64,000 bases of DNA from Candidatus Udaeobacter sp. (GCA_035317225.1 DATHHK010000059.1:4050-68049), one strand, 5' to 3'. Counted from the stretch's first letter, positions 46,958 through 56,557 are shown. Numbers and translations: made by a program. The notes: generated from the sequence alone by a model not told the origin.

Positions 46958-47659
46958 CTACACATTCAAATACGGCGCTGGATCGACGCGAACTCCGGGG
47001 GACATGGTCGCACTGATTGTCACCCCTTCAACGTACCGCCCTTTCGCTGAGGCGGGACGAGCTCGAACGACCGCCTCAATGACCGCGTTTCCGTTTTCAA
47101 TCAAAGCATTTTCCTCAAACGAAAATTTTCCAACAGGCACCGCAACGTTGCCGTTTTTATCCAGTTTAAACTCCACGCGCCCTGCTTTCACTTCCTGCAC
47201 AGCTTTGGCTGTGTCGTCAGTTACTGTCCCGGTGCGGGGATTCGGCATCAGTCCACGCGGCCCGAGTACCTTCCCCAATTTCCGGACTTCCGCCATCGCT
47301 GCCGGCGTCGCAATTGCGACGTCAAAATCTTGAAAACCTTCCTGACATTTCTGGATTAGATCTTTCATCCCAACAAACTCCGCGCCTGCTTCCCTAGCCG
47401 CCTGCGCCGCTTGGCCCTCAGCAAAAACCAGAACCCGGACTTTTTTGCCACTTCCATGCGGAAGCGGACAGGTCCCGCGAACCATCTGATCGGATTGCTT
47501 GGGATCAACACCAAGCCGGAATGAGACGGTCACGGTTTGATCAAACTTTGTCGGCGGAAATTTTTTCAAGGTCGAGACGGCCTCATGGAGACTGTAAGGC
47601 TTTACCCGATCTACCTGTTGCGCCGCTGCGCGATAACGTTTGCTTCGATTTCTTTGCAT
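46958..47659 (-). CDS. rplA: 50S ribosomal protein L1
   Basis: ..[57 protein letters not shown].. is canonical uL1. Confidence 0.95.
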   Translation of the reverse strand: MQRNRSKRYRAAAQQVDRVKPYSLHEAVSTLKKFPPTKFDQTVTVSFRLGVDPKQSDQMVRGTCPLPHGSGKKVRVLVFAEGQAAQAAREAGAEFVGMKDLIQKCQEGFQDFDVAIATPAAMAEVRKLGKVLGPRGLMPNPRTGTVTDDTAKAVQEVKAGRVEFKLDKNGNVAVPVGKFSFEENALIENGNAVIEAVVRARPASAKGRYVEGVTISATMSPGVRVDPAPYLNV

Positions 47660-47749
47660 GTTGACTTGCAGTTCTATCGCCCCAGCCTCTTGAGAGAAAC
47701 ATGGGCTCCTGCCTAAAATATTAAGCCGCTAACCCAGCGGCGGGTGGGA

Positions 47750-47777
47750 AATTTAGCGGCGATCCCTACCTTGTCAA
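47750..47777 (-). promoter_or_regulatory. candidate sigma70-type promoter for rplA-rplJ-rplL-rpoBC
   Basis: On the minus strand: TTGACA (47777-47772), a 16-nt spacer, then TAAATT (47755-47750). This predicts a leader of roughly 85 nt before the rplA ATG. The call rests on a sequence match only. Confidence 0.4.
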
Positions 47778-47861
47778 AATCAACTTCTTCTCGTGACCGT
47801 GCGGGCCTGCTAACCTACCGACGCCGCAACGTATGCAGGTTCTGACGAAAGGTGGACTGCG

Positions 47862-50012
47862 CTACGGACGCCGCGCTTTAGCCGCACTTTCGGCAAGGCC
47901 CTGCCGTGCCAAGGTCAGATTCGGATTGAGCACGAGCGCCTGTTCAAAAGCAGCAATGGCACGCTCGTGCTGACCGAATAAAGCAAGGTAGCGTCCGCGA
48001 TTGATTAACATGTTCGCATAGGACGGCAGTACTTTAACGTTTACGGGATCACCTTTTCCGAATCGCAATGTCCCGTCCGCAAGGCCGCGGATTTGCAGAT
48101 GCACATCAGGCGAATCATGAAAACCCTGACCGTCCGCGAGATTAAAGACAAGCCCTTGTGGAACCAGCTGATATTTTTGCGTCAGCCATCTGGTCAGCTC
48201 ACCGTTAACTGAGTCGGAGGAGATCAAATCGTTTGTCATATAAACCGGCGCAACCCTGCTTTCATTCGTCACCATTGATTGAATCATCTCTAAAAATGCT
48301 GCACTGATTCTTTGAGTCAGCGCCGGACTCCTGGCAAAAGCCCCGGGATCGCGCTCCCATTCTTTGAGACTTTCGACAAATACGTCGATTTTTTCGCGCG
48401 ATCGCTCGATCAAGGCGGGATAAGCGTGTTTTAGATAATCGAAATACCACGAGCGCCGTAGAAGATTGATGTCCACTACTTTTACGTCCGGTCGGAGATG
48501 CTCGATCTCCTGCGCATAAAACATGGGCGACACGACTTGCCAATCGAGCGTGAGCAGGAGCCCGTTGGGCGCGATCGCCTTGAGCAGATTGTCGACATAA
48601 TCGTGGGCGATGAAGTATCGCCTGCGATTATTGAACGGCCAGTTCGCTGTTAGGGCGATCGTGGAAACAACCAGAACGGCAACTACCGCCGCCAAAGATG
48701 GCTTCGCAACCGGTAAGGATTTGGAAACGGCGCTCCGGATCAACCACCGGATGCCGAGTCCTGCGGCAATCGCGATCGAAATGAATGTGGGCAGATAGTA
48801 CGCATCTTTGTCTTCCGCAATTTCGTAGCTAAGGGCGTAAGCCAAATCGGCGATCACGATAGTCAGGAGAAACCAGAAGATCGTACGGTCTCGCTTGAAA
48901 GCGTCAGTCAAGCCCGCGAAAGCCAGAACGAGCGACAATGGAAGCCATGGAAAGCCGAATTCGCGCAATGCCATTCTGCAAAATTCAGCAAACTGCTCTC
49001 CCATTATCTCCGGTTTAAAGGAGAAATAGACCTGATACTGGCGTCCCGTCAGATGCCACCATATTTCCTGCAGCGAGCGCGGATGGCCCCAGTTAATGAC
49101 AGGCGAGCGCGAAGCTGCAAGCGGCAGGTAAGCATAAACTGCGACGAGTGCGCCAATTGAAATCAGAGCGGCATAAACAAACCGTCTGCTGGTAAAGAAT
49201 CTCACTCCCTGGGTTCGAAAAACAATAACTGCGACGGCAGGAAGCGTCAGCGCCACGGTGACATGATGAACCCCCAGGGCCAGGCCGAATATTAGCGCAG
49301 CCGAATAAAGGAAAGCGTCATGCCTCGTGACTTGGCCAGGATTCGACACCGTCGAAATATGCATCCTGTCTTCGACGATCCATCGCCGCCATCGAAGCAT
49401 TAGAAAGCAGATAACGAGGATGAGCAGCGTATTTAGAGCATAGACCTCGGTGATCGTCGCATACGACCAAAGCGTGCGGGAAAACGCCAACAGCAAACCC
49501 GCTCCGAGCGCGGGCGCTGCCACCATAGGATGCGTAACACCCAATTCCTCGATTTTCTTGGTGCCTCTCTTTCGTCGCTTCGCCGCCGCCAGATATGACG
49601 CCGTAATGATCACCTCCGCCACGACTAACGTGAGCATTGCGCAAGTGAGCGCCGCGAAAAGCGCTGACGAAAAATTGATCCGTTGCGCGACGTTTCCCAA
49701 GGGCACAAGCGATGCAAGGTGGGCGAGAATGATCCATAACGGAACGCCGGGTGGATGCGCGATCCCAAGGCCGCGAGCCACTACGATTAACTCTCCGCTG
49801 TCGGTGAGGGTAACTGTCGGCGCGAGGGTCCAGCTATAAAGCAACAGCGCGACAAGAAATACGGTTCCGCCGCACAGTAACTGTACCGCAGCCAGAGAGG
49901 TTATTCGAGAATTCCTCGGATGGGCAGACTTTGATTTCGGCTCGGAAGTCGCCGTGCTTTGCTGAGTCGTACCTCTGAGACCTTGCGTGTCCTTTGAAAG
50001 CCCGCGCGCCAT
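47862..50012 (-). CDS. DUF2723-type GT-C glycosyltransferase (PMT/TMEM260-like) with C-terminal TPR
   Basis: 716 aa, polytopic. The N-terminal ..WTLAPTVTLTDSGELIVVARGLGIAHPPGVPLW.. is typical of DUF2723, and the tail is TPR-like. Confidence 0.8.
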   Translation of the reverse strand: MARGLSKDTQGLRGTTQQSTATSEPKSKSAHPRNSRITSLAAVQLLCGGTVFLVALLLYSWTLAPTVTLTDSGELIVVARGLGIAHPPGVPLWIILAHLASLVPLGNVAQRINFSSALFAALTCAMLTLVVAEVIITASYLAAAKRRKRGTKKIEELGVTHPMVAAPALGAGLLLAFSRTLWSYATITEVYALNTLLILVICFLMLRWRRWIVEDRMHISTVSNPGQVTRHDAFLYSAALIFGLALGVHHVTVALTLPAVAVIVFRTQGVRFFTSRRFVYAALISIGALVAVYAYLPLAASRSPVINWGHPRSLQEIWWHLTGRQYQVYFSFKPEIMGEQFAEFCRMALREFGFPWLPLSLVLAFAGLTDAFKRDRTIFWFLLTIVIADLAYALSYEIAEDKDAYYLPTFISIAIAAGLGIRWLIRSAVSKSLPVAKPSLAAVVAVLVVSTIALTANWPFNNRRRYFIAHDYVDNLLKAIAPNGLLLTLDWQVVSPMFYAQEIEHLRPDVKVVDINLLRRSWYFDYLKHAYPALIERSREKIDVFVESLKEWERDPGAFARSPALTQRISAAFLEMIQSMVTNESRVAPVYMTNDLISSDSVNGELTRWLTQKYQLVPQGLVFNLADGQGFHDSPDVHLQIRGLADGTLRFGKGDPVNVKVLPSYANMLINRGRYLALFGQHERAIAAFEQALVLNPNLTLARQGLAESAAKARRP

Positions 50013-50114
50013 TGCCTATCGTCTCGCAAACTCGCTTTCCTGCAAATCAATCATCAAGGAAACAAACCTCCCTGGACGCCGAGGGACTCACTAGAAAAGC
50101 GGTAGGCGGGGTCC

Positions 50115-50342
50115 TTAGACCTGCACCGTACCTGTAGAGTGAGCACCTGCATCGTAACCGCCAATGACATATAGCTTCCCATTTAGCCACCCAGTCGGGA
50201 GTTCCTGGCGGCTCTGAGGCAAGGGAGCTCGTGTTTCCCATATACCACTATTTTGAGTCCAGCCCGTAGTGGCGAATATTAGCCACAAGAGCACACCGAA
50301 AACGGGGAGCGGAGACTTGTGTCGCACCGTTGAGGATTCCAT
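50115..50342 (-). pseudogene. remnant of a secreted Kelch-repeat protein (signal peptide plus first repeat only)
   Basis: The 75-aa ORF has ..PLPVFGVLLWLIFATTGWTQ.. (signal) and ..LNGKLYVIGGYD.. (Kelch signature), then stops. The roughly 100 nt downstream encode no further repeats in any frame that I can see. Confidence 0.35.
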
Positions 50343-50481
50343 TACTTTCTACAAGAAACACGAGGCGAAGTTCCCAAACAATTTCAAACACCGAGAAGCG
50401 CCGACTCGGCAAACAAACGGATGGGCCCGCGCGAAGATATTTGTCCGTTGTTATCCAGCGGGGTTTCGCTTCAATGCTCGC

Positions 50482-52323
50482 ATGACAAAATCATTTAACG
50501 CTGCCTGCGGCGTTTACTTGTGTCTTCTCTTTGCCATAACTCTTGAGACTGCCGGAACGCTGCAAGCGCAGACTCCCTCGCCCTCTCCGAGGCCGTCTCC
50601 ATCTCAGGCCGATTACGAATTCCGCTGGGGCGTAAAGATTCCGATGCATGACAAGGTCGAACTGAACGCAACATTATATTTGCCGAAAACGCCAGACGGC
50701 TCGTTGTCCAAGACGCCGGTCATCTTCACACTGACACCCTACATCTCTGATAGCTATCACGCGCGCGGCGCCTATTTTGCATCGCATGGCTACGCATTCG
50801 CGCTCGTCGACGTTCGCGGACGCGGAAATTCTGGCGGCGAATTCGAGCCGTTTGTAAATGATCCTCGGGACGGGCACGACTTGGTCGAATGGTTTGCAAA
50901 ACAACCATTTTGTGACGGTAAAGTTGCGATGTGGGGTGGTTCATATGCCGGATTTAATCAATGGGCAGCGGCGAAAGAATTGCCAACTCATCTCGCGACG
51001 ATCGTCCCCGCTGCAGCTGCTCACCCCGGCCTCGATTATCCTTCGACTCAGAACGTCGGTCTAACCTACGACATGCAATGGTACACTTTCACCAGTGGCC
51101 GGACCGGGCAACAAAACCTTTTCGGTGATCAAAAATTTTGGCAAACGAAGTTCCTCGATGCCTACAAAAAACATGTCCCTTTCGAATCACTGGACTCCTT
51201 TGTCGGAAATCCCTCGGTTAATTTTCAACACGTCATCAAACACCCCACAGTCGATGCCTACTACGACGCGATGGTTCCAACACGCGAGCAGTTCCAAAAG
51301 ATCACTCTCCCGGTCCTGACAATCACAGCGCAATACGATGGAGATGAGCTTGGCGCCCTTAGCTATTACCGAGACCATCTGGCAAATACGACTCCTGAGG
51401 CACGCGCAAAGCATTTTCTCGTCATCGGCCCCTGGGATCACGCGGGGACGCGTACACCTACGGATGAAGTCGCCGGAATAAAGTTCGGACCTGGAGCCGT
51501 TATCGATCTTAATGATCTGCATCGGCAATGGTACGACTGGACAATGAAAAGCGGTCCGCGTCCGGAATTTCTCAAGAACCAAGTCGCCTACTATCTGCTA
51601 GCAGCCGGCAACAGCGGCGCCAATGGCGAGTGGAAATACGCCGATAATTTCGAAACATTGGTCGCAAACCCGAAAATTTTTTACCTCGATTCGAAAAACG
51701 GCGACGCGAATGGTATTTTTCGTTCTGGCTCGCTTATCGAGAAGCAGCCCAGTGAAGGATTAGACACATTCATCTATGACCCGCTGGATACCACGCGTGG
51801 CGAAAGAGTTGATGGGATCGAGCCGAAAGAGAAAACAGCAGGTATCGATCAAACGTATCCTTTGAGCATCGCCAAGGATGGTTTGGTGTACCACACGGAA
51901 GCGCTTCCTAATGAAATATCCTTCATCGGCTGCCCGGCAGTGACATTATGGGTATCGATCGACACCCCAGATGTTGATCTGTCCGCCCATCTGTATGAAA
52001 TCCAGCCCGACGGCACCAGCCTCGTTCTCTGGAGCGACACTCGCCGCTTGCGTTATCGCGACTCACTGCGCGAGGCGAAACTGGTGAAACCGGGTGAAAT
52101 AGTACGGTGCGACTTCAGTCCCGGATTATTCGCTGCTCGCCACCTAATGAAGGGGAGCCGCCTTCGCCTGGTCGTGTCCTCCCCAAACTCGATTCACTTC
52201 CAAAAGAATTACTGTTCTGGCGGCGTAGTCGCTGAAGAGACAGCAAAGGACGCGCGCACCTGCCACGTACAGGTGTATCATGACGCGACCCATCCCAGCA
52301 CGATTCAACTTCCGCTGCGATGA
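50482..52323 (+). CDS. CocE/NonD family hydrolase (S15 Xaa-Pro dipeptidyl-peptidase-like), secreted
   Basis: ATG 50482 gives the signal peptide MTKSFNAACGVYLCLLFAITLETAGTLQA. Also present are ..VDVRGRGNSGGEF.. and the nucleophile motif WGGSYAGF. The ORF-track start at 50269 is an extension across the Kelch remnant. Confidence 0.85.
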   Translation: MTKSFNAACGVYLCLLFAITLETAGTLQAQTPSPSPRPSPSQADYEFRWGVKIPMHDKVELNATLYLPKTPDGSLSKTPVIFTLTPYISDSYHARGAYFASHGYAFALVDVRGRGNSGGEFEPFVNDPRDGHDLVEWFAKQPFCDGKVAMWGGSYAGFNQWAAAKELPTHLATIVPAAAAHPGLDYPSTQNVGLTYDMQWYTFTSGRTGQQNLFGDQKFWQTKFLDAYKKHVPFESLDSFVGNPSVNFQHVIKHPTVDAYYDAMVPTREQFQKITLPVLTITAQYDGDELGALSYYRDHLANTTPEARAKHFLVIGPWDHAGTRTPTDEVAGIKFGPGAVIDLNDLHRQWYDWTMKSGPRPEFLKNQVAYYLLAAGNSGANGEWKYADNFETLVANPKIFYLDSKNGDANGIFRSGSLIEKQPSEGLDTFIYDPLDTTRGERVDGIEPKEKTAGIDQTYPLSIAKDGLVYHTEALPNEISFIGCPAVTLWVSIDTPDVDLSAHLYEIQPDGTSLVLWSDTRRLRYRDSLREAKLVKPGEIVRCDFSPGLFAARHLMKGSRLRLVVSSPNSIHFQKNYCSGGVVAEETAKDARTCHVQVYHDATHPSTIQLPLR

Positions 52324-53330
52324 TCCGCTGCGTTCTTGGAATTTTGGTCCTCACAGTCACGTCTTTGCTGCTTGGAACAACGGCGCGAGGCGCTTCGGAA
52401 ATCGTGATCGCAATCCGTTATCTGCAAGCGGAGGGAACAAGTCATTCCCACCTCTATCTGTATCGTGAAGATGGAAAACTGCTACGGCAACTAACGAATG
52501 ATGACTCTGGACAGGACTCCGGTCCAATTTTTGCGCCTGATGGCAACATGATTGTCTTCACGCGCGAAAAATCCAATGACGCTCGCGAGTTTTGGAGCGT
52601 TGACCCACTTGGGAAGGCATTGAAAATACTGGAGACTGCGCCTGATTGGTACACCTCAGCTAAAAGCTCGCCGTATTTCACAAACGCCGAGCCCGAAGAA
52701 TCGGCATCTCCCAACCCGTCAGCATCTCCCGAGGAATCTGCCTCGCCCACCGTCACGCCAATACCCACTTACAAATCGCCTGATGGTTCTGTGGAATTGA
52801 TCTTACGCGAAGATCCAACCGACGAAGATGATCAGATCGACGGGCCGGGTCATGGAAAACATTACCTTCTCCGCGATCTGAAGACCGGAGTGGAAACCGA
52901 TTTCGAGAAGGTACCCGGATTTTACGGCGTCTACGGATTGCTTCACAACAATCAGGATAAGGATCAGCATTTTCTCTTCGAAGGGCCGCTACGACTGGCT
53001 TTTTTCGACTTACATTTGAACAGCACGGACGGTGACACCGTTTTCGCCCTCGAGCTCACTGGCCCGCGTCTCGTCAGGTTGTCGCCCAATTGGGCTACTC
53101 CAATTCCGCTGCCCGGCGAAGCAGCGTTTCTCACATTTACAGAGAACCGTTATGTGCCCATCCCCGGCAGCAAGAAAACGGCGAATTGTACTTACATGGA
53201 ACACTGGGACGAAAAACTGAACAAAATTCGCTACGCGCGCGAAAAATCCGCCGCGCGCTGTTACGGCGCGTCGATATATCGGCAAGGCAAAAGCCCCAGT
53301 GTTATCACGCTGCGGCGCACAACCGACTAA
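52320..53330 (+). CDS. secreted hypothetical protein with a PD40/TolB-like repeat and a Ser/Pro linker
   Basis: Its ATG overlaps the preceding stop (ATGA). Signal peptide is MIRCVLGILVLTVTSLLLGTTARG. It has ..LTNDDSGQDSGPIFAPDGNMIVFT.. and the low-complexity stretch ESASPNPSASPEESASP. Confidence 0.55.
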   Translation: MIRCVLGILVLTVTSLLLGTTARGASEIVIAIRYLQAEGTSHSHLYLYREDGKLLRQLTNDDSGQDSGPIFAPDGNMIVFTREKSNDAREFWSVDPLGKALKILETAPDWYTSAKSSPYFTNAEPEESASPNPSASPEESASPTVTPIPTYKSPDGSVELILREDPTDEDDQIDGPGHGKHYLLRDLKTGVETDFEKVPGFYGVYGLLHNNQDKDQHFLFEGPLRLAFFDLHLNSTDGDTVFALELTGPRLVRLSPNWATPIPLPGEAAFLTFTENRYVPIPGSKKTANCTYMEHWDEKLNKIRYAREKSAARCYGASIYRQGKSPSVITLRRTTD

Positions 53331-53336
53331 CTCACG

Positions 53337-54989
53337 ATGAAGAAACGTTGGGCGGGGGCTTTTCTTGTTACAGTGCTGTTAGTCCATGCTTCGGCTGCAA
53401 CCGAAGCATTGGATAAATTGGCGAACGATTTCTGGACGTGGCGTGCGAAGTGCGCGCCATTCAGAGGCGATGATGTGAATCGTCTCGAGCGACCCGGCGG
53501 GACTCGCGACTGGTCGCGCGCCAGCATAGAGAACCAACGAAAGGAGCTTGCCGAATTTGAGGCACGCTGGAAGAAGCTCGACCCGACACAATGGGCGATT
53601 CCAGAGCAGGTAGACTACCGTCTGATTGGTTCCGCTTTGGCCCGAGTGCGCTGGGAATTGGACATTAATCCGAGCTGGAAACGCGACCCAAATTTCTATA
53701 TCGCTCAAACGCTGACGGCAGTAGTTGAAGCGCTCACTGTGCCGGGGCCGTATGACGCAGCGCGCAGCCGGGAAATTTTAGCGCGAATCGAAAACATTCC
53801 GTCGATTCTGCAACAAGGCGCTGAGAATCTCGATAAACCGCCGGCGCCATTCGCCTTTGTCGCGATTCAAGCCCTGGAAAATATTCGGCCGCGTCTGAAT
53901 CAAATGGCCAATTCATTGGCAAAATCCACAACTCTCAAAGAAGAAGAACTAAACAGCGCGACTGATCTTGCAGCGGACGCGCTGGAACGTTTTCGCGAAA
54001 AGCTCCGGGAAATGGTGCCGTCGCTAGCGAATGAGACCGCTCTTCGGCGCGACGCGTACGTATTTTTTCTCAACAACGTCGCGTTGATGCCGTATTCCCC
54101 TGAAGACCTTCTGTCGATGGGGAGACAGGAATGGAACCGCGCTGTCGCTTTCGAGACGTTCGAGAAAAATAGAAACCACGATGTGCCACCGCTTAAGACT
54201 GCCGACAACGTCGACAATTGGATCAAAGAAGCAGCGGAGAAGGAATTGCAGATCCGGAAATTTCTCGAGGAGCGCAGCATTCTTGCCGTCCCGAGTTGGG
54301 TCCAGCATTACACGCTGCGTCCAATGCCAGAGTATTTGCGTGCATTGCAAGGCTTCGACGAAATGGACGATTTCACGTCACCATCGCGCTTGAAGGAAAA
54401 TTGTATCCGTTATGTAACCGAACCTTCAGGGAAGCTCGCTTACTTCTGGCAGGCGACAGCAGAAGACCCGCAACCAATTACAGTTCACGAAGGAATTCCC
54501 GGGCATTATTTTCAGCTTTGTCTTTCCTGGAAACACGACGACCCGATCCGGCGGCATTACTACGACTCCGGCGCGAATGAAGGGATCGGCTTTTACGCCG
54601 AGGAAATGATGTTGCAATCCGGCTTGTTCGATGACAGCCCGCATACACGCGAGATTATTTACAATTTCATGCGGCTCCGCGCATTGCGCGTGGAAGTGGA
54701 CGTGAAACTTGCGCTCGGCGAATTCACCCTCGATCAAGCTGCAAAGTATCTCCAACAGAAAGTTCCGATGGACGAACAGACCGCGCGCCAGGAAGCAATC
54801 GCGTTTTCGACTGGGCCTGGTCAGGCGATCACCTATCAGATCGGCAAATTACAGATCATCCAATTTCTTGCCAACGCGCGAATGCAACAGGGCGACAAGT
54901 TCAACCTCCGCACGTTCCACGATTTCGTCTGGAAAAACGGAAATGTACCAATTGCGTTGCAGCAGTGGGAATATTTGGGCGGAAGATAG
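53337..54989 (+). CDS. DUF885 family protein (metallopeptidase-like), secreted
   Basis: Signal peptide plus the HEGIPGHYFQ motif characteristic of DUF885. Confidence 0.85.
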   Translation: MKKRWAGAFLVTVLLVHASAATEALDKLANDFWTWRAKCAPFRGDDVNRLERPGGTRDWSRASIENQRKELAEFEARWKKLDPTQWAIPEQVDYRLIGSALARVRWELDINPSWKRDPNFYIAQTLTAVVEALTVPGPYDAARSREILARIENIPSILQQGAENLDKPPAPFAFVAIQALENIRPRLNQMANSLAKSTTLKEEELNSATDLAADALERFREKLREMVPSLANETALRRDAYVFFLNNVALMPYSPEDLLSMGRQEWNRAVAFETFEKNRNHDVPPLKTADNVDNWIKEAAEKELQIRKFLEERSILAVPSWVQHYTLRPMPEYLRALQGFDEMDDFTSPSRLKENCIRYVTEPSGKLAYFWQATAEDPQPITVHEGIPGHYFQLCLSWKHDDPIRRHYYDSGANEGIGFYAEEMMLQSGLFDDSPHTREIIYNFMRLRALRVEVDVKLALGEFTLDQAAKYLQQKVPMDEQTARQEAIAFSTGPGQAITYQIGKLQIIQFLANARMQQGDKFNLRTFHDFVWKNGNVPIALQQWEYLGGR

Positions 54990-55001
54990 GATGCCAGCCG
55001 C

Positions 55002-55020
55002 GTCAGGCAAGCTGCCTGAC
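55002..55020. terminator. hairpin between the convergent DUF885 and rplK genes
   Basis: GTCAGGC-aagct-GCCTGAC. The flanking U-tracts are weak on both strands. Confidence 0.3.
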
Positions 55021-55028
55021 TTCCAATC

Positions 55029-55454
55029 CTAATCGACGATTTCCAGTCCCATTTGGCGGGCCGTGCCGGCAATGATTCGGAAAGCAGCTTCGTCGTTGCG
55101 CGCGTTCAGATCTTTGCGCTTGGTGTTCACAATGTCCATCACCTGTTTGCGCGTGACCTTGCCGACCTTGGTTTTGTTAGGCTCTTTAGAACCGGCGGCG
55201 ATGTTGGCGGCCTTCTTTAACAGAACCGCCGCAGGCGGACTTTTTGTGATGAATGTGAAGGATTTGTCTTTGTAAACCGTGATCACGACCGGAAGAATGT
55301 CGCCAGCTTGCTTCTGCGTCGTTGAGTTAAATTCCTTGCAAAACGCCATGATGTTGACGCCGCGTGGACCAAGCGCCGTTCCAACCGGCGGCGCCGGGTT
55401 TGCCTGTCCGGCAGGAATCTGAAGTTTAATCTCAGCTACTTTTTCTTTTGCCAT
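55029..55454 (-). CDS. rplK: 50S ribosomal protein L11
   Basis: ..[35 protein letters not shown].. is canonical uL11. Confidence 0.95.
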   Translation of the reverse strand: MAKEKVAEIKLQIPAGQANPAPPVGTALGPRGVNIMAFCKEFNSTTQKQAGDILPVVITVYKDKSFTFITKSPPAAVLLKKAANIAAGSKEPNKTKVGKVTRKQVMDIVNTKRKDLNARNDEAAFRIIAGTARQMGLEIVD

Positions 55455-55500
55455 TGTGGTTCGTTAAAGCGTTGAATGGTTGAATCGTCAAAGCGGAAAA

Positions 55501-56070
55501 CTAACCGCGTTCTACCTGCCAGTATTCCAATTCCACGGGCGTAGCGCGGCCGAAAATGGTGACTGAGACGCGTAGTTTGCCGCGTTCCGGATCGATTTCT
55601 TCAACGATTCCAGTCTGGTTCTGGAACGGGCCGTCGGCAACTTTCACCGATTCGCCGACTTCGAAGCTGACCTTCGGTTTCACCTTTTCTTCCCGCTCTT
55701 TCATTTGCGCGAGCATGCTGTCCACCTCCGACTGCCGCATCGGAATCGGTTTGTCTTTAGTGCCAGCAAACCCAATCACGCCGGGTGTGTCGCGAATGAA
55801 ATACCATGTGCGCCCGACCAGCTGATTATTTTCGTCGAGCAGGTGCATGTTAGCGATCAGATAGCCCGGGAAAAACTTCCGCGTGGTCTCGCTCTTCTTC
55901 CCTTTCTTGATTTCCGAGACGCGCTCTGTCGGGACAAGCACGTCGTAAATTAGATCGCCCATCTCTTCGGTTTTAACGCGCTTCAAGATATTGTCGCGCA
56001 CCTTGTTTTCTTGTCCGGAAAGCACGTGCACGACGTACCACTGATCTTTGCCTGCGAGTGTCTGTGCCAT
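55501..56070 (-). CDS. nusG: transcription termination/antitermination factor NusG
   Basis: ..WYVVHVLSGQENKV.. (NGN domain) and a C-terminal KOW domain ..GESVKVADGPFQNQTGIVEEI.. Confidence 0.95.
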   Translation of the reverse strand: MAQTLAGKDQWYVVHVLSGQENKVRDNILKRVKTEEMGDLIYDVLVPTERVSEIKKGKKSETTRKFFPGYLIANMHLLDENNQLVGRTWYFIRDTPGVIGFAGTKDKPIPMRQSEVDSMLAQMKEREEKVKPKVSFEVGESVKVADGPFQNQTGIVEEIDPERGKLRVSVTIFGRATPVELEYWQVERG

Positions 56071-56073
56071 AAA

Positions 56074-56292
56074 TCAGTGAAACCGGGTAAAAAAATGCAC
56101 AAAATTCACAAGAACCAGATCGAAAAGGGCGACGTATCCGCCAAGCAACAACATCGCGATAACCACCACCACGGTCGAGTCACTCAGTTCCTTGTAGCGG
56201 CGGAACCCTTTCTCTTTCGGATCCCACGGCCACGAACATTTCTGAAGCTCGACCTTAACTTCGCTGAAGAAGGTTTTGATTTTGGTAATCAT
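56074..56292 (-). CDS. secE: preprotein translocase subunit SecE
   Basis: 72 aa with ..FFSEVKVELQKCSWP.. followed by a single TM. Its stop is 3 nt before nusG. Confidence 0.8.
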   Translation of the reverse strand: MITKIKTFFSEVKVELQKCSWPWDPKEKGFRRYKELSDSTVVVVIAMLLLGGYVALFDLVLVNFVHFFTRFH

Positions 56293-56403
56293 CCTGATTT
56301 AGATCGTGATTCGTTAAAACGTTAAAGCGGTCGATTACAATGCAATTTCATTTCTTCCTGTTTAACGCTTCGACGATTCAACTCTTTAACGCGGCGTTAG
56401 CCA

Positions 56404-56476
56404 CACGCCAGGAGGGACTCGAACCCCCAACCGACGGTTTTGGAGACCGCTACTCTACCAATTGAGCTACTGGCGT
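56404..56476 (-). tRNA. tRNA-Trp (anticodon CCA)
   Basis: Hand-folded cloverleaf: acceptor ACGCCAG/CTGGCGT, anticodon stem GCGGT/ACCGT with loop CTCCAAA, T arm GGGGG-TTCGAGT-CCCTC. The 3' CCA is not encoded. Confidence 0.9.
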
Positions 56477-56557
56477 AAGTTTACTCTTCCTGTTCCGCTC
56501 CCTATTAATCTCCTCTTCTTTCCACATCCACAAGTGAGCAGAATTAGAGAAAGAGTG

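Noticed and set aside
47660-55028. Genomic island, prophage or transposon as an explanation for the rplK/rplA intervening block
   Set aside because: I could see no integrase, transposase, recombinase, phage gene, flanking tRNA or terminal direct/inverted repeats. I kept it as a rearrangement or insertion of unknown mechanism instead.
56293-56403. Hidden rpmG (L33) gene between tRNA-Trp and secE
   Set aside because: The spacer is only 111 nt and has no suitable ORF.
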